Of a stretch of 64,000 nt of DNA, positions 11,400 to 24,960 are shown one piece after another. Source of the DNA: Psammoneis japonica (taxonomy: Eukaryota). The DNA lies in assembly GCA_008632985.1 (NCBI GenBank), contig QPGO01000032.1, positions 555,330-619,329 of the forward strand, in the 5' to 3' direction. Each line of letters starts with the position of its first letter. Positions within the stretch are counted from its first letter, which is position 1. The position numbers were made by a program, and so were the translations under genes. The notes beneath the pieces are model-generated. The model had not been told where the DNA came from. It searched no databases and saw only the letters and a program-made list of their open reading frames with translations.

Positions 11400-14300
11400 C
11401 GAACTTGGGGTGTGTTTGTAAGACAACATAGAATGCACACATGATGGTTGCGACCATGTGCGATGTGTGGCTTAACGACTGTAGACATGTCTACAGCCGG
11501 TCAAACGCCAATTGTCGGCATTTCCTGGAAAGTTGTGGCTTGTCTACCGTGACAGTCCAATTTTGGCGGAAAATGGCGGTTTGTCGCATGTGACAACCGA
11601 GGCAAATATGACAATTGGCATTTGAAGGTTAACATGTGTGCGGCAGTTCCCATGAAGGTCTGACAGCCCTGATGGGGGCTGCACACACTCACATGTGTTT
11701 GGGAGTGCTCAGAGGCTTCGCAAAATGACACGGGCGAAGTACGGGGAAATTCGAAAATCACGAGCTATTTAAAAAAATAGTGCCAAACATCGATCCAGCC
11801 TTAAATGTTCAAGAACATTATGACAGATTCAGTCATTGTCAGTCACAATGACAAAAAACAGCGTCATTCACGGGTCGCAGTTTTTCCCGCTCGGTTTGGC
11901 GGTGCTTCGCCTGCTGCACAGTGCGTGCCTCTCAATCTCGCAAGGGATTTTAGAATGCATGATAAATGTTCAAGAACATTGCGTGTTGACACAGTCATTC
12001 AAAGTCACAATGACACAAAACGTGGTGTCGTTTGTGGGTCGCGGTTTTTTCCCCACTCTGCCTGCCAGCAGCAGTCTCACACAACACACGAAAAACCAGC
12101 TCACCACCATCATCAGCAGTGGCAGCAGTGCAGCACATTGCCCCAACTGTCGCCACTGTTGCTGGTGTTCCCAGGTTTTGCACTGCCACTGTGTGGCGTT
12201 GTCTGCACATGGCCACAAAAAGCTGGCACAGTGATCTGCTGGATGTGCTCCAGCCGTGCATGAACACGCATGCCAAAAACATGAGATTGCTTTGTTGAGT
12301 GAAAAACAATGTGCCAAGTCATCTGCAAATGTTTGGACATGCCAACAAGACACACCGAAGTGCACCAAAACAAGCAGCTGCTTTTCATTTTCCACCGCAC
12401 TCTTGTTGTGCCAACTGCATCACAAAACAAAGGCAAACCTGCTGTTCATTGCAGGCCTGTGATGCAACAATCAGACAGCTTTTTTGTGCTTTGGTGCACA
12501 ATGAGTGTGTTTTCAAACTGTGGCAGCAATGAAAGTTCTCATGTTGCATGACATGTGCAAACAACTCCATGTGGGTGAAATTCTGCATGGACTGACACAT
12601 GTGCTTTTTGCACAAGTTGCTGTGGCAGCATGCGGTCCTTTGCAATGGCTTGTTTTGACTTTGGCTGCAAAAACAGTGCTGGTTGATGACTGGTTGATGA
12701 CACGGAGGAGCAGATGATGCAACATGCGCTGCGCAGAAAATGTTGAGTTGCAGCACATTTTTTGCTGAGACTTGGACCTGTTGCATTCAAAGGATTTTGT
12801 GCAGGTGTTGATGCCCACCTGAAAGTTGACACACAAGGTCACCAAAACAGATCTGTGCAGCACGACAGAAACCACCACACAAAAGCCAGTTTTTAGATGC
12901 TGTGGATTCAAAGGGTGGGGCAAAATGGCCCAAGGAAAGGGTGAAAAACTTGTGCGCTTGAAAGTCAATGAAATGAACACAAGTCCCAAGCTGCTGGGCC
13001 AAAAACAAGAAAAATTGCACACAGAGACTGAGCAAAATGTGGTGGTCCTGATGGAGGCATTTTTGTTGCCAAAAGGTGGAAAGCAGACAATGCAGCCCTC
13101 TGTGTGGTCATGTTGTTCATTGCAACAATGTGCGCCACTTTGGGAGCTTGCTTCTCATTGAGAAAACAGCTCCCATGGAGCATGGGCAAGGTGCTCAATT
13201 TGTTTGATGCCAGAGTTAAAATGAACAGCTGTGCAGGCCAGATCTAGCTCCAGGTGAAAGAAGTCCATCTGCAGCATGCGCTGTTGTGTGCATTTTTTGG
13301 TGTGTGTGTGTCCCCCCACTAAAATGTTGTTGCACATTGAATCATGCGTCAATCATGGGTTCGTGCAAAGGACAGATCAATCACAAAGAGTTGATTGGAT
13401 GTCGAAAATTGCAAATCCAATTGCTTGATGATGTTGACATCTTGTGTGTCAATGGCAATTGCATCCAGACAATCTGTTGTCATGATCACATTGTCTGAAA
13501 GGCCTTTTGCATCATGCAGGAGCAGCACAGAAGCTCCAAGTCTTTGAGAGCTTGTTCGGAGAAACCCAAAATGATTGTGCAAAATCCAGTCTTGCAATTC
13601 TCACTTTTTGCACATTGCTCTGCTTTTGTTTGCACTTGTTCTTCCAGCACAGCACACATTGCGCATGACTTCCCACACAGATTTCAGTGCCAGGAATTTT
13701 TTGATCACCTGCAAGCCAGAGCACATGGTGGTGCAATCATCATCTCTGTCACAGTGGCTGAACAAAAGCGTGCTTTTCATGCCCACGGCTGTGCACCAAG
13801 AATGTGACTCAATCTCAAAAAGAAAAAATGTCAGGTCACTCAAAGCCTTTTTTGTGATGCCCAAAAGCAGTGCTGGCTTCCATGCCCACTGCAGGAGTGC
13901 ACACAATGCAGCACACCACTGTGTTTGCACTGTTGCAAAGCTCTTCATTTTGCAACTGCTTTGCAAACAATGTCATTTGCCGCTGTGTTTCAATGCACAT
14001 GATGTTGCCAATGTGCTTCTATGAAGAACAGTCATCATTGCCTGCTTGTTGTCATGCAATTTTTACAACACAAGTGACGAGCAATCCTTTGAGTGTCATT
14101 TTTCTTGGTTTCAACTGTCATTTTTTTTGCACTGTCTGCTCCCACCAGTTGGCTTTGGCTTTGCTGCCAGGCATGCTGAGTGGTCCAAACTGCTCTTTTG
14201 CCACTTCACATCTGTCCCAGGCTGTCATTGGTCTTCTGCAGCAGTTCTGCTGGTTCCATGAGGGCTGCTGCAAGCAGAAGCTGGAGCCATGCTTGTTGTC

Positions 14301-17300
14301 AGCATTGGAGATCAGGGTGCACTTTCCCACATTGTTTGTTGTCCTTGGGCATCCAATGGGGTCATCCAACCACAACACAAAATGACAAAGGTTTGTGGGT
14401 TTTGTCCATCTCTTGCAGCTTGTTGCTTCTTGCTGGGGTTTTTGACTCACTGCTCCACTTGAGAGCAGCCCAAAGCACTGCCAGCTGTGGGTGCTGAGAT
14501 GACGCGCCAACACACCTCAGTGGACTGGACAGGAAGCTCAGCACTCAACCATTGATGGGACAGCACAGCACGGCAGCTTCTGAGCTGCAGTCTAGAACAA
14601 GTCTCAAGCCAAGCCCCAAGTCAAGCTCAAGTCCAAGTTTCTGTTTTGAAGTCCAACTTCATTTGCACATCATGGCATGTTTGCACTTTGAAGAACTGCT
14701 GCTTTTCTGTCATGTGCTTGGGCAAAAACCATCAAAAGATTGTTTCACTGCTCACACTCAGTGTGCAGCACTGGCTGATTGGAGCTGCCAGACAACCCAC
14801 ACCACACTGCTCATCCATGTGTTGTCTTTGGTTGCTGACTTGGTCTGTTCTCTGGAGTGCAGTCATTGCACAGCACAAGCAAAAATCAGTGCACTTGCTG
14901 TGTTGTTGGTTGTGTCGCAGCTGCCTGTGGTTTGCAGCTGCACATTTGGCAATTGGCGCTGGCTGGCTGGAGCTGCCAGAGAAACTGCCACTGCTCATCC
15001 ATGCACTGTCTTCAGCTGCTGTTTTGGTCTGTTCTCCAGGGTGCAGTCCTCATGATGCAGCACAGGCGCTCAACTGACAAAACAGACAAAAACTGATGCA
15101 CTTGCCAAAGCTGCAGGCAGCACCACAGTCAAAGTGGGCCCTTCCATGATGGAGCCCACCACTCCAGCAGGGAATGTGCTTGTCATCAGCAAGCAAATTT
15201 CCAAGCAAGCGCAAGTGTTTTTAGAGCCAGCGAGTGCTTGTTGTTCAAGTCAAAGCCCACCCCTTGGCTTTTGATGCCATGTTTGGTTGACTGTCCCCCT
15301 CTTCATCATCACCCTGGTCAGGTGCAAGCTTGCTGCCATGGCTCTTTGGGTGCAACCCTGCCATTGCATCTGCTCCAGGGTCTGTTCACACTCTGCCCAA
15401 TTGCCTCTCCAGCGTGTGTGTTTGGCAATGTTCGAATGCTTTGTTTCCTTCCATGCACACCACACCAGCCACATGTGTCACCACTTGTGCTGCTTCCTCC
15501 ACCCCTCTCACTTGCCCTTCTTGTGTTGACTGACTCTTTGCACATTTTGTGGCTTTTCACAGTGTGGCATTTCCTGTCCCCACCCAGAGAGTGTGTTGTC
15601 ATGGTCTGTGTGCTTCTGTGCCAAGCTCCAATGCACCAGCACAACAAAATCCCACCAAGTCAGGGAAAATGTGCTGTCAATGGGGGAGTCATTCAAAAAG
15701 GTCTCAACTGCTGTGGTCAATTTTTAACAATGCCTTTGATTGGACAACATTTCAGCTGATTTTCCAAGAAGTTGACTTTCAAGCATGGATGCAGGACAAA
15801 CAGATGGACAGCTGGTGTTGGCACTGGTCTGCACAATTTTTGTGTGATGTCTCTCAGGGCCAAAAGAATGACTCCCATTGTTCAAGCACCAAAAGATCTG
15901 CTGAGAAACCCTTGGGCAGTCATCAGCACACCAACAGACCAAGAAGCAGACAAGAAAGCACTGCGGCATGACCTGCAACCTCAAGATGATGAAGTTTTCA
16001 TTTTTTTTGGATTGACAGTCTTGCCACCTGTCTCAAAATGATGCCATCCAGTGGCAACCCTGAAGCCATTGTTTTTGTGCAGAATCCTGCAGAACACCAC
16101 ATGAGCAAAATGGCTTTTGCAATTTTTTTCATGCAGAAAAGCCATGTTGTGGTTCCTTGTGCTCAGTGCTGGGTGGCCTTGACCAAGACATGCTGGCTGC
16201 ACTGCTGCTCTGCTGATGCTGCTGCCAGATGACTCACATTGTCAACAATTGCAGCTCATCTTGGGTTGTTTGATTTCTCATCATGTGTTGACTGTGTTTC
16301 TGCTTGCATCAAAATCAAACTCCCCTCAGCTTGCCTTGCACACTCTGCACTTGTTCTCACTCCTCATGGAGCCACACAAAAATGACACACGCGTGCTTCT
16401 CAAGAAGTGATCTCCATGTGACTCCAGCAGTTTTGCACGGCAACCATGTTGTTTGTAACTTGACAAAGAACAAGACCTTCATGGGGGACATTTGGCAACC
16501 TGGGGGATCTTTTCATTTGCTGTGTCACTCAAAAAGGTTTGTGCTGCTGGCTTGCGCAGCAGTCGTTGTGCTGCAAGTGCATCACTCAGAACAAGGAGGG
16601 CTCTGGCAACAACTCAGCCACAGCTTTCTTGCACCAGCCAACTCAAATGTGGAGAGGGCTTGAAGGCTGCAGGAAGGTTCAGGGTTGTTTTAGGGGGGAT
16701 TTTCAGCAAACTGGGGAGCACCCAGGGGAGGGAACAAGGGCCAATCCATTGACAGAAGCAGCTCACAACCCATCACATCTCCAAACAAAACACACACACC
16801 CCTGAACCCCCCCCTGAAACCCCAAGTGTTTGATCACCAGCTGCAAGGTGAGGCAACAAACATGATGGCAACAACAGCAAACCCTGGAGAGATGAGCAGG
16901 GAAAAGATGCCAGTGCAACAGCAAATGATGGGCTTGGGGACCAGCACTGTCCCAGCAAAGACATCTCATGCTTTGGCAAGTGGCTTGCTGCAATGCTGTG
17001 ATGTTGTGCACATGGTGGCAAAGGGGCAGCTGTTTGGAAGACAAGTGGAAGCAAGAGAGCCTTGCCCAATGATGAAATGGAGAGCTGGAGGGCAGTGGGT
17101 GGAGGCAGCTGTTGTTTTTGCAAGATGGCGGCAAGCCCTCACTCTCTCTTGTGTCTTTTTTATTTTTTACATTCTTGCATTGCTTGTTTTCTCATGCACT
17201 GTGTGTTTTGACCCCCCTGTCACCACAACAAGGCTAAAATGCTGAGTGCAAATGCCCAGCTGTTGTTGGATGCTTGCAGTGTTTCTTCTTCAAGGATCAC

Positions 17301-17980
17301 AAGGGAGGCAAGCTGCCCTCTTGCCTCCAGCATTCCCCCAGCCACTTTTTGTCGGTGTGGGCCAGCCAGCTGTCTGCCCCAAATGAAGCAGCTGTTTTGT
17401 GCTGGGCAACCCTGCAACAGGAGCTGCTTTTCTGTGATGGACAGAGCAACAGCATCAGATGGTCTGTCCTTTGCTGAGAGAGACCGCAGCTTGAAAGCTG
17501 TCTTGCTGGCTGTTGCTGCCTGCTCTTTTTGCTGTCTCAAAACAAAAGCAAAGGCCCCACAAGGCCAACAAGGCCAACAAGAGCCAGCACTCTCCCCACT
17601 TGCACAGACCATGTGTGGCCAAACTGTTTTGGCAGCTGAGATGACTTTGTCAGCCGAGAAGGCTCTCTGACAATCAGAGAGTTGTGCCCCGGCTTGTCAG
17701 CCAAAGTGCAGGAGCTCGCCCCATGGCACAGCATGAGACTGGACAGAAGAAGTTGTCTTAAGTTGTTCATCATGCATCAAGAAGGAAGCACAAGGAGTGA
17801 ACAACAGCATGACAGGCTCCAGCCAAGCTGCCAGAGTCTGAAAGCATGTGCTTTTTATTGTTTGTTTTGTTCTGCAGTGCTGCGAACTCCAAACAGTTTT
17901 AGTGAGCGAGAGGCAAGAATGACGTGTGTGAAAGATCGCGTGTCTGTCCTGCCGTCAGAAACAGTGACTCATTGACATCG
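11400..17980. repeat. TpA- and CpG-erased relic repeat domain A (decayed transposon DNA, family not recognisable)
   Basis: Almost no TA or CG over ~6 kb, with strong TG/CA excess. ~160-bp-spaced direct repeats at 11803 and 11964. Normal composition returns near 17990. Confidence 0.75.
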
Positions 17981-18183
17981 AGGCGAGAAAGATACCTGTA
18001 GACTTAGTACCAGACGTTACAGGACACGCAAAACAACGTGGTTTTACCACATTGTGGTCGCTTTCTTCTTTCTTGTGGTGTCACTATTGCCGACGTTGTT
18101 GCTAATCTCGGTGTTTGTTGCCTTTGCTCTGTGTCTCATCCAAAAAAGAAGAGGCAACCCTGCCTGCATTTATGACTTTCAAC

Positions 18184-19479
18184 ATGGAGCGAGTACTTGC
18201 TCTTTCTCTCATATTAGCTACGCAATGTGCTGCCTTTATGAGCAACCCTGTAGCTTCAACACGCCATGCCATGTCAGTGATGGCTGAAGCTTCTGATAAT
18301 ACCAGTGAGAGCGATCGTCGTAACTTCATCGGCCAAGTGTTGGCTGCACCGGCTGTTGCTGCAGCAGTTCCGCTTCTCACCACGTCACAACCGGCACACG
18401 CCGAGGTCTACCTGGATCCAGCCATGTACGGCGATCAGGAAAACCGAAACTCGGCCGTCAACTCACTGAAGGAAGCGGTTCGCAGAGCCATTCTGGAAGA
18501 CCCCAATTTGGCTCCTGCCTTTTATCAACTGGCCATTCTCGATGGACTTTCCTACGATGTCAATACCAAGCAGTATGGACCCGACGGAAGAGTGGTTTCG
18601 GCTGTACTGTCGTCCAAGGACAGCAGTTCCTACATGCAAAAGTTGCAAGCCGCCTGTAAGGTCTTGATTGCGTCCACGATTAGTCTCAAAAAGCTAACTT
18701 CCATCACTGTCGCGGATGCGGTTGCACTTGGTGGAGCTGAAGCTATTGAATCCATTGGTGGTCCAGTGCTTTCGGTTCAGTTGGGCCGAATGGATGCTCC
18801 CAAAGGTTCGCCAGTGAGTAATCTGAATCTGAACGTTTTGTCGGGCGAAGCTCCAGGCTCTGAAGTTTCCCAGGCATTTAAAAGTGCCGGCTTGACAGAG
18901 CGGGAAATGACAGCCTTGCTCGGCGGTTTGTTGACGCTCAGCTTGGTGAAGACCAATATGAAACCGGGGGAATACAAAAAGACCCGTGGAAAGTACCGTG
19001 AACGAGGAAAGATTGGACGCATGAGTGAATTCAAGAAACTAACTGATGACGATATTGCGGAGATGGAAGAGTACGAAGAGTCGGAAGATAACGACTGGTA
19101 CATTGCCGAGTCGTTTGGGACAAGGGACGAAGCCTTTGGTGCCAAAGCGGCCGAGGGCATTTCAGAACAAAATTTCAACAAGTATCTCAAGCAAATGAGT
19201 GAACTTATTGCCAACAGCAAGAAAAAGAAGGCCTCTGACGGCGGTGCCAGTCTCTCTGACTTTGGATGGATTGGAGCGCTCTTGTTGAATCCGGATAATC
19301 CAACGACGCAGGCGTGGTTGACCAAGTATGGAGGATCATATTTGAACTACAACAAGGATCTTGCAGTTGCCTACAATGCCATTACACAGCTCGGGGCAGA
19401 GTATACAGGGGGCAAGTATGAGAGTCTACTCAAGAACAAGCCCAGAAAGACGTTGAACGATGACTTGGATTTGTTCTAG
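18184..19479 (+). CDS. Thylakoid-lumen ascorbate-peroxidase-like protein (TL29/APX4-like, heme peroxidase fold)
   Basis: Signal peptide ending CAA|F, Tat motif DRRNF and AHA cleavage site. ITVADAVALGGAEAIESIGGP..LGRMD and FKSAGLTEREMTALLG are peroxidase-fold motifs. Confidence 0.82.
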   Translation: MERVLALSLILATQCAAFMSNPVASTRHAMSVMAEASDNTSESDRRNFIGQVLAAPAVAAAVPLLTTSQPAHAEVYLDPAMYGDQENRNSAVNSLKEAVRRAILEDPNLAPAFYQLAILDGLSYDVNTKQYGPDGRVVSAVLSSKDSSSYMQKLQAACKVLIASTISLKKLTSITVADAVALGGAEAIESIGGPVLSVQLGRMDAPKGSPVSNLNLNVLSGEAPGSEVSQAFKSAGLTEREMTALLGGLLTLSLVKTNMKPGEYKKTRGKYRERGKIGRMSEFKKLTDDDIAEMEEYEESEDNDWYIAESFGTRDEAFGAKAAEGISEQNFNKYLKQMSELIANSKKKKASDGGASLSDFGWIGALLLNPDNPTTQAWLTKYGGSYLNYNKDLAVAYNAITQLGAEYTGGKYESLLKNKPRKTLNDDLDLF

Positions 19480-20580
19480 AGAGAAACAAGCTTTTATTTA
19501 GGGCAACGTGCTAGCGATATATGTGTAGCTCTAGCTAGAGTGTGTAGCCCTACTAACTGTACTGGGAGACGCGCGGTGTCATGTCTCCGAGTACTCTGCT
19601 TGAATGACAACGGGTAGCTACTGTATTGGAACTAGCTACTATCCCGGTTCTAGAGAGAGAGGAAGAGTTGCCTACACCAAAATCTACTATTTCAGCCATG
19701 AATTTCTAGATCGAAGGCTGAGTTGTTGAAATACAGAGCTGAACCACTTGCTACAGAGAGCACCAAAGCACTGATTAGCAGTTAAGGCTGTGACAAAGAT
19801 GTTCAATGTGGAAAGCGTCTGATTTCAAAGGATCAAGCCTCTTGTCGCGTGCCCATGTCGCCGGGTTCCATGTCTGACTGCAGTTGAGAAGAAAGAAAGA
19901 ATGGATCACGTGAGAAAAGCAGCGACCACACGTATTATCACACACAAGACATCTACATGAAAAAGCAAAACTCTCGTCGGGATACAAAGTTAGATCATCG
20001 ACTGCGCATGCCCAATTTTGGCGCGTACCGTCTAGCATTAGAGGTGTCAGATAAATTGTTTGCATAAAAATGACTCGTCATTCGAGAGGCTTCCAATTCA
20101 TTAGAAATACAGAGAGTGAGGTTAGCTCGTACCTATTCAGTATTGTGAATACCGAAAACTCCTCCTCCTGAAAATGTAGCAATGGACAAACAAAGAAAAC
20201 AGGAGAATCGTGAGGGTTGCGCACCAAAACTAAAAAGCGAGATTAGTTTCAATTCGATCGCTCTCGTGTTGCATGTTCAGAATCGTGTTAGTTAGTTAGT
20301 CCCATGATTGTTATCACGCACTATAGAGCCCAAGAGGCTGGACAACAATTTATTGTAAATCCCTTTTGGATCCCAACGTAATCGTTTTCCCAATACTCTT
20401 TGACTCGAGTACAATCAAAAGACCGTCGTGATTGGTAAAAAGAGGGAAATCATCATTACAAAAAGACAAAAGCTCACATGTAGACGAGACATTGAGTCTG
20501 GAACATACCTTAATGCGCAATTTCCATACACAGTTTCACTTTGCTGCTGGCGTTCTCATAAGAACACATCTGTACAAAAT

Positions 20581-21135
20581 CTATTCATGCTGAATCCTTC
20601 GCAACTTGTCGTCCAGAGATTGCAATCGAATCTCCAATCGCCCGTGTTCCATGGTGGGTGGTATGGAAGTAGTTGGATCCAACGATTGTGGATCTAGCGC
20701 TTCATAATACGAGCTTTCTGTCTTTTGCAAGTTGCAGAGATCCGCCATGGTTCCAACCGACAGACGTTCTTCCAAGAGCGAATTTCGAGCGTTTTCGTCT
20801 GTGGCTGTTTGTAACAGAGTCTGCACGTGTGACACCAACTGTGGACCACATAACGTAATTTGACTAGTGGCTGTCGACGCAATCATTTGCTGTTGTGCTG
20901 CTGTGGTAACAGTTGGTGCGGCATTCATTGGTGGTGGCTGTGCATGAAGTTGCACCGCCGGCGGTGGTGGTGGTGGTGGAGGCGGAGGAGGCGTCCATGA
21001 TGTTTCACCAGTCGTAGGATTTGCGTAATAGATACGACCACTGGAAGGATCTGTTGCAGACACCCATCCGGGTGGTAGCAGTGGTGGTGGCGGCGGTGGT
21101 AATGGAGAAGGAACGCTACCGCTGGGATGCTGCAT
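20581..21135 (-). CDS. Proline-rich WW-domain protein
   Basis: LPPGWVSATDPSSGRIYYANPTTGETSWTPP. Confidence 0.85.
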   Translation of the reverse strand: MQHPSGSVPSPLPPPPPPLLPPGWVSATDPSSGRIYYANPTTGETSWTPPPPPPPPPPPAVQLHAQPPPMNAAPTVTTAAQQQMIASTATSQITLCGPQLVSHVQTLLQTATDENARNSLLEERLSVGTMADLCNLQKTESSYYEALDPQSLDPTTSIPPTMEHGRLEIRLQSLDDKLRRIQHE

Positions 21136-21473
21136 GGTTGCTCATGGCGTGTTTTTCTTGAGAAGAAAATGATCGGTTCTCGGTTACTGTATCTCGGCAG
21201 ATGATGCTGTCGGATGCGAGCGGCAGGGTTGTCGGACAGACGATAGTGGATGTGCAGTGTTTATACCGTATGTGTATGTCTTCATCACGTTTACATTGAC
21301 ATGACGTCGGACACGGACGTCGGATGGAGAAAATTTGCGCGGGAAACCGCGAAGTGCGAAGTGCGTTTGCGTTGTTTGTGTTGACAGAACAAAACATCAG
21401 CCACAACACCCCAAACCGAACTTTGAGCGCCTTTTGTTGCTGTTTTATTTCTTGTGACGATCAATCCATCACC

Positions 21474-21908
21474 ATGGGACTTTTGAAGCACGTCATTCTC
21501 CCCTTTTTCGCAGCCATGCACATGGTTTCCTTCAAGGCTCAATTCGCCGTCGACACGTGGGCCGAAACGTTAGATATTGAGATTGACAATGACGATAATA
21601 TCAAGGACTCGAAGCTCTTGTTGCATTCCATGGGCATCCTGCGCGCGTTCAGCATCACCATGGGTGTCTTGTGCATGGTGGGTGTCAAGCTGGAGTCGTC
21701 GCATTTTCGAGGCATTTTGATTCTTGCCGAATCGGCCATTTTTACCATGGCAGCCATTGATGCGTACTTGCTTGGGTTGGATTGGATTGTACCAGGCAGC
21801 ATGGCGGCTGGAGCAATCATGGGAGCAGCTGTTCATGCAAAGGAACCCGGGATTTTTACTGCCGACAAGAACAAACAAACGGCAGCTGCACAAGACAAGA
21901 AAAAGTAA
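21474..21908 (+). CDS. Small multi-pass membrane protein of unknown function
   Basis: ORF from accATG with ~4 hydrophobic segments and a C-terminal DKKK (possible ER retrieval signal). Confidence 0.7.
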   Translation: MGLLKHVILPFFAAMHMVSFKAQFAVDTWAETLDIEIDNDDNIKDSKLLLHSMGILRAFSITMGVLCMVGVKLESSHFRGILILAESAIFTMAAIDAYLLGLDWIVPGSMAAGAIMGAAVHAKEPGIFTADKNKQTAAAQDKKK

Positions 21909-22616
21909 GATGGACACGAGAAGTACTAGTCTATAGTATGTTGTTGTATGGGGTAGATTCTACTGATTATTGTTGCATAATGACTTGTTGGTGAATGTTG
22001 TGGGCCGTTCGTTTGTAGCTATTTTGCAACTTCCTACTCAATCAAGGGCGATGAAGGGATTTGAATTAAAGCATGGGTCACGGTGAATGAATCGCCTGCT
22101 CGATGATTGCTCTATTGACAAAAGAAAGAAAGTAGAAAGTAAGAAAAAAGAACTAGACGTCATTGGTGATATACAGAATAGGCCTTACCTGCTGATTCGA
22201 AGTGGAGGACGAAGCGTTAGCCTTAAGTTTGTCGCTAAGTCGACCTTGTCAACACTAATTAAAACGCAGTAGTAGGAACATCGAAGAGATTTCTGTCCGA
22301 GAAACATCAATTGCTTTGCATCCATGAACCAACTCCATCCACGACGAGCGGGAGTCAAAGCCCATAGCGCAAAACGACGTCCACCGTACAAATTATCAAA
22401 ACCCCGCCGCCGCCCCGTTCGATTTGGTGGATCCGCGACCCAATTGATTCGTGCAACGACTCACACAAATGGGTGTACCGGCATTGAGTATCGTGCCTCG
22501 CATCGTTTCGTCAAAGATCGGGAAAAAGAAAGCGGATTACTCACAAATTCATCATTGCCACAGAACGCACGAGAGTGAAAGAGCTGCCAAAAAGACTTTG
22601 ACTCTGACATCCCACT

Positions 22617-24069
22617 ATGAACGAAGACTCGGAAAGCCTACCCAGTGTCGAAAGCGTAGAGAGTGTGGAGGATCAGGATGAAAGGACTGCTGCTTCTCCT
22701 CCTCCCGAGACCCCTCAAGATAGGAAGCACGAATCGACCCATCGTGGCACTGACCTTATGCATCGACTCAAGGTTCTGTGGCGCCTTTTCGGTCAGGAAG
22801 CTGTAGCGGTTTCGATTGGGCTTTTGGAGCTTGTGTTCATCGCATTGAGTCTCCGTCAAGCCGTCAACACTATGCACGACTATGAAGAGGAATACGTTGC
22901 CGACCGTGTCATTCAATCGCGCTGCAGAGACTTCTGTCCAGACACTTTCGACTGCGATGAGTATCTTTCCAACTGCTGGGCTCACCTGTCCCAGTATTTT
23001 CCACGCCCCTTCTGTAACAGTACGTGGAGCCCCTCTGATTGTTACAGAGAGGTAGCCTCTTACTCGCCAGTTAGAGTCAATGCAACAATTTTTGTGGCGC
23101 TGTATAGCCTTAGGTTCTTTGCAGAATTCGTTGCCTTGGCTCAAGCATTTCTCCATGAGAAACATTGGTGCAACGCCCCTCTCTCTCGAGTGGCAGCCGG
23201 GAAGGTTGTTTGATTCTTTTTCGCTTTCCATGCTCATGTTCACGGTGGGTCTGGCAAGCATCATAAGCTCCGTCACAATTGCGGACGGTGGAGACAGTCG
23301 CGACCATCAGACAATGGAGGTCTTTACCGCCGTGTTGGGCGCCATGCTTGTTCTTATTGCCGCCGTGTTTGGCATTTGGGTTTTTGTAAAGAGAGATGAC
23401 CTGCAAACGGGTGGTCCGAGTTCAGTACCGTTCCTAGGCGCCGCCCGTACCTTCGCATTGTCTTGGGAGCTATGGAGTGCCATTATTGACATATCATACA
23501 TCCCGTTTGTCGCACAAAAATCAGATTCATCGTCCGCGGTGAATGTCATCTTGCTTCTATTGGAGTTATTGCGAAGTATCTGGGAGGTCAGTATGGAAGC
23601 CCGTGGGATGAAACTCTGCTATGCGTTCAAGCGTTTGTACGTTCCTGTTTCCGCTCGGGACAAATTACTCGCCCTCAACACGACGAGGCGGGAAGCAGTT
23701 AATGCGCACTTGACTTTGGATGGTGTTACTCTGGTCACCACTCGTCTCTGCTCGTCCCGAGAGCTGGTCCAAAGCGTGATGGACATTTGCACAACTTTAA
23801 CCTCAGGGCCCATATCGGGGGGTCATTGGTACCGCACACTTGGGAACAATGAACGGCCTTGTCGCTGGAAAGCATGGCTTGCCATTCAACCCGTAGCGGA
23901 CTCCGAGAAGGCTTGGTTTGATGGGGAACAAATTACATTAAACTTTCATCAGCTTTGTGGTGTCACGCTCTCTGCACCTCTCGATTCAAACGCGTGCTCC
24001 CAAGTGGAAGATTTTACCCGTGTTTCTGATACTGCTGGCAGGATTGTAGAAACTGTCGTGTGGCATTAA
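22617..24069 (+). pseudogene. Multi-pass membrane protein gene split by a frameshift near 23180 (pseudogene or sequence error)
   Basis: Overlapping hydrophobic ORFs 22617-23213 and 23080-24069. The frame switch lies around the ccccTCTCTCTC tract. Confidence 0.55.
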
Positions 24070-24597
24070 GTGTAGTGAAGTAATGACAAGTCATTTCCAG
24101 ATAGGATAAACTCTTGAAAAGGCTGGCATCAGGCCTCATGCATCAGCGTCTCTGTTGAGCATACAGTACCTCTTGATGTTTTTGCCCCTAATAGTATACA
24201 TGTTTCATACCCTTTCCAATCTGAAAGATCATCGGTGCGAAGAGAAATAGGTCTACACCGGTCGGTTGCTCTCTAGCAGAAGATCTGGCCATGGTAAATC
24301 TCGAGAAGCTTTGCTCAAAATTTCTTGTTCTGATGACCATCTTGATGCAAAACGTAGTGCCTTTCGTCGTAATAGCTCGGCATGGCGGTAGCAAACGGTG
24401 TTAGTCTTTCGTTTTGGTTGGGTCGAGAACTTTTTCGCCGTCGTTTGGGTGTACACACTTCGTTTCACCGAGAGCATCTCTTTCCAAAGGGTGCGCCAAT
24501 GGAAACACAGAGGCACTGGAGGAAAGCGACACCGAGGTACTCAAAGCGCTGTTCGAGTCGTGACCAGCAATTGTTGTCCCCTAGCTGTACCCAACCT

Positions 24598-24960
24598 TCA
24601 GACGCCATGTATTCGTAGATGAGTATACAACCCCAGCGTTAAATTGATTGATTCCGACTGCGCATTCAAAAAACCCGGAAAGCCTACCGCCAACACCGTA
24701 TCATCTCTTGATACCGAAAGAGACGCATCACGCATCCAGTCTATAAGTTGACCAATTTGAATCCACAACAACGAGCCAGGATCATACTCGTAAACTCGGA
24801 CTCCACCGGAGCTACCAACTTTGGGAACCATGCCCTTTTCTGAGCACAGATTCAATACCACGCAATTCCCGTCATCAGATGAGGACGCCACGTAGCCTAA
24901 TCCGTATCTGGCTCCTTGGCTAAGTATGTTTCCTCTACGCAGAATTCTTCCACTCACATA
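24598..24960 (-). pseudogene. FG-GAP repeat gene remnant
   Basis: GGVRVYEY..WIQIGQ..SLSVSRDDTVLAVGFPG resembles the repeats of 4027-6573. No complete ORF. Confidence 0.5.

Noticed and set aside
11805..17975. Dense overlapping Cys/His-rich ORFs in all six frames (also 42700-44200, 45600-54000, 58100-61700)
   Set aside because: Artefact of lost TAA/TAG stops and TG/CA excess; no protein motifs.
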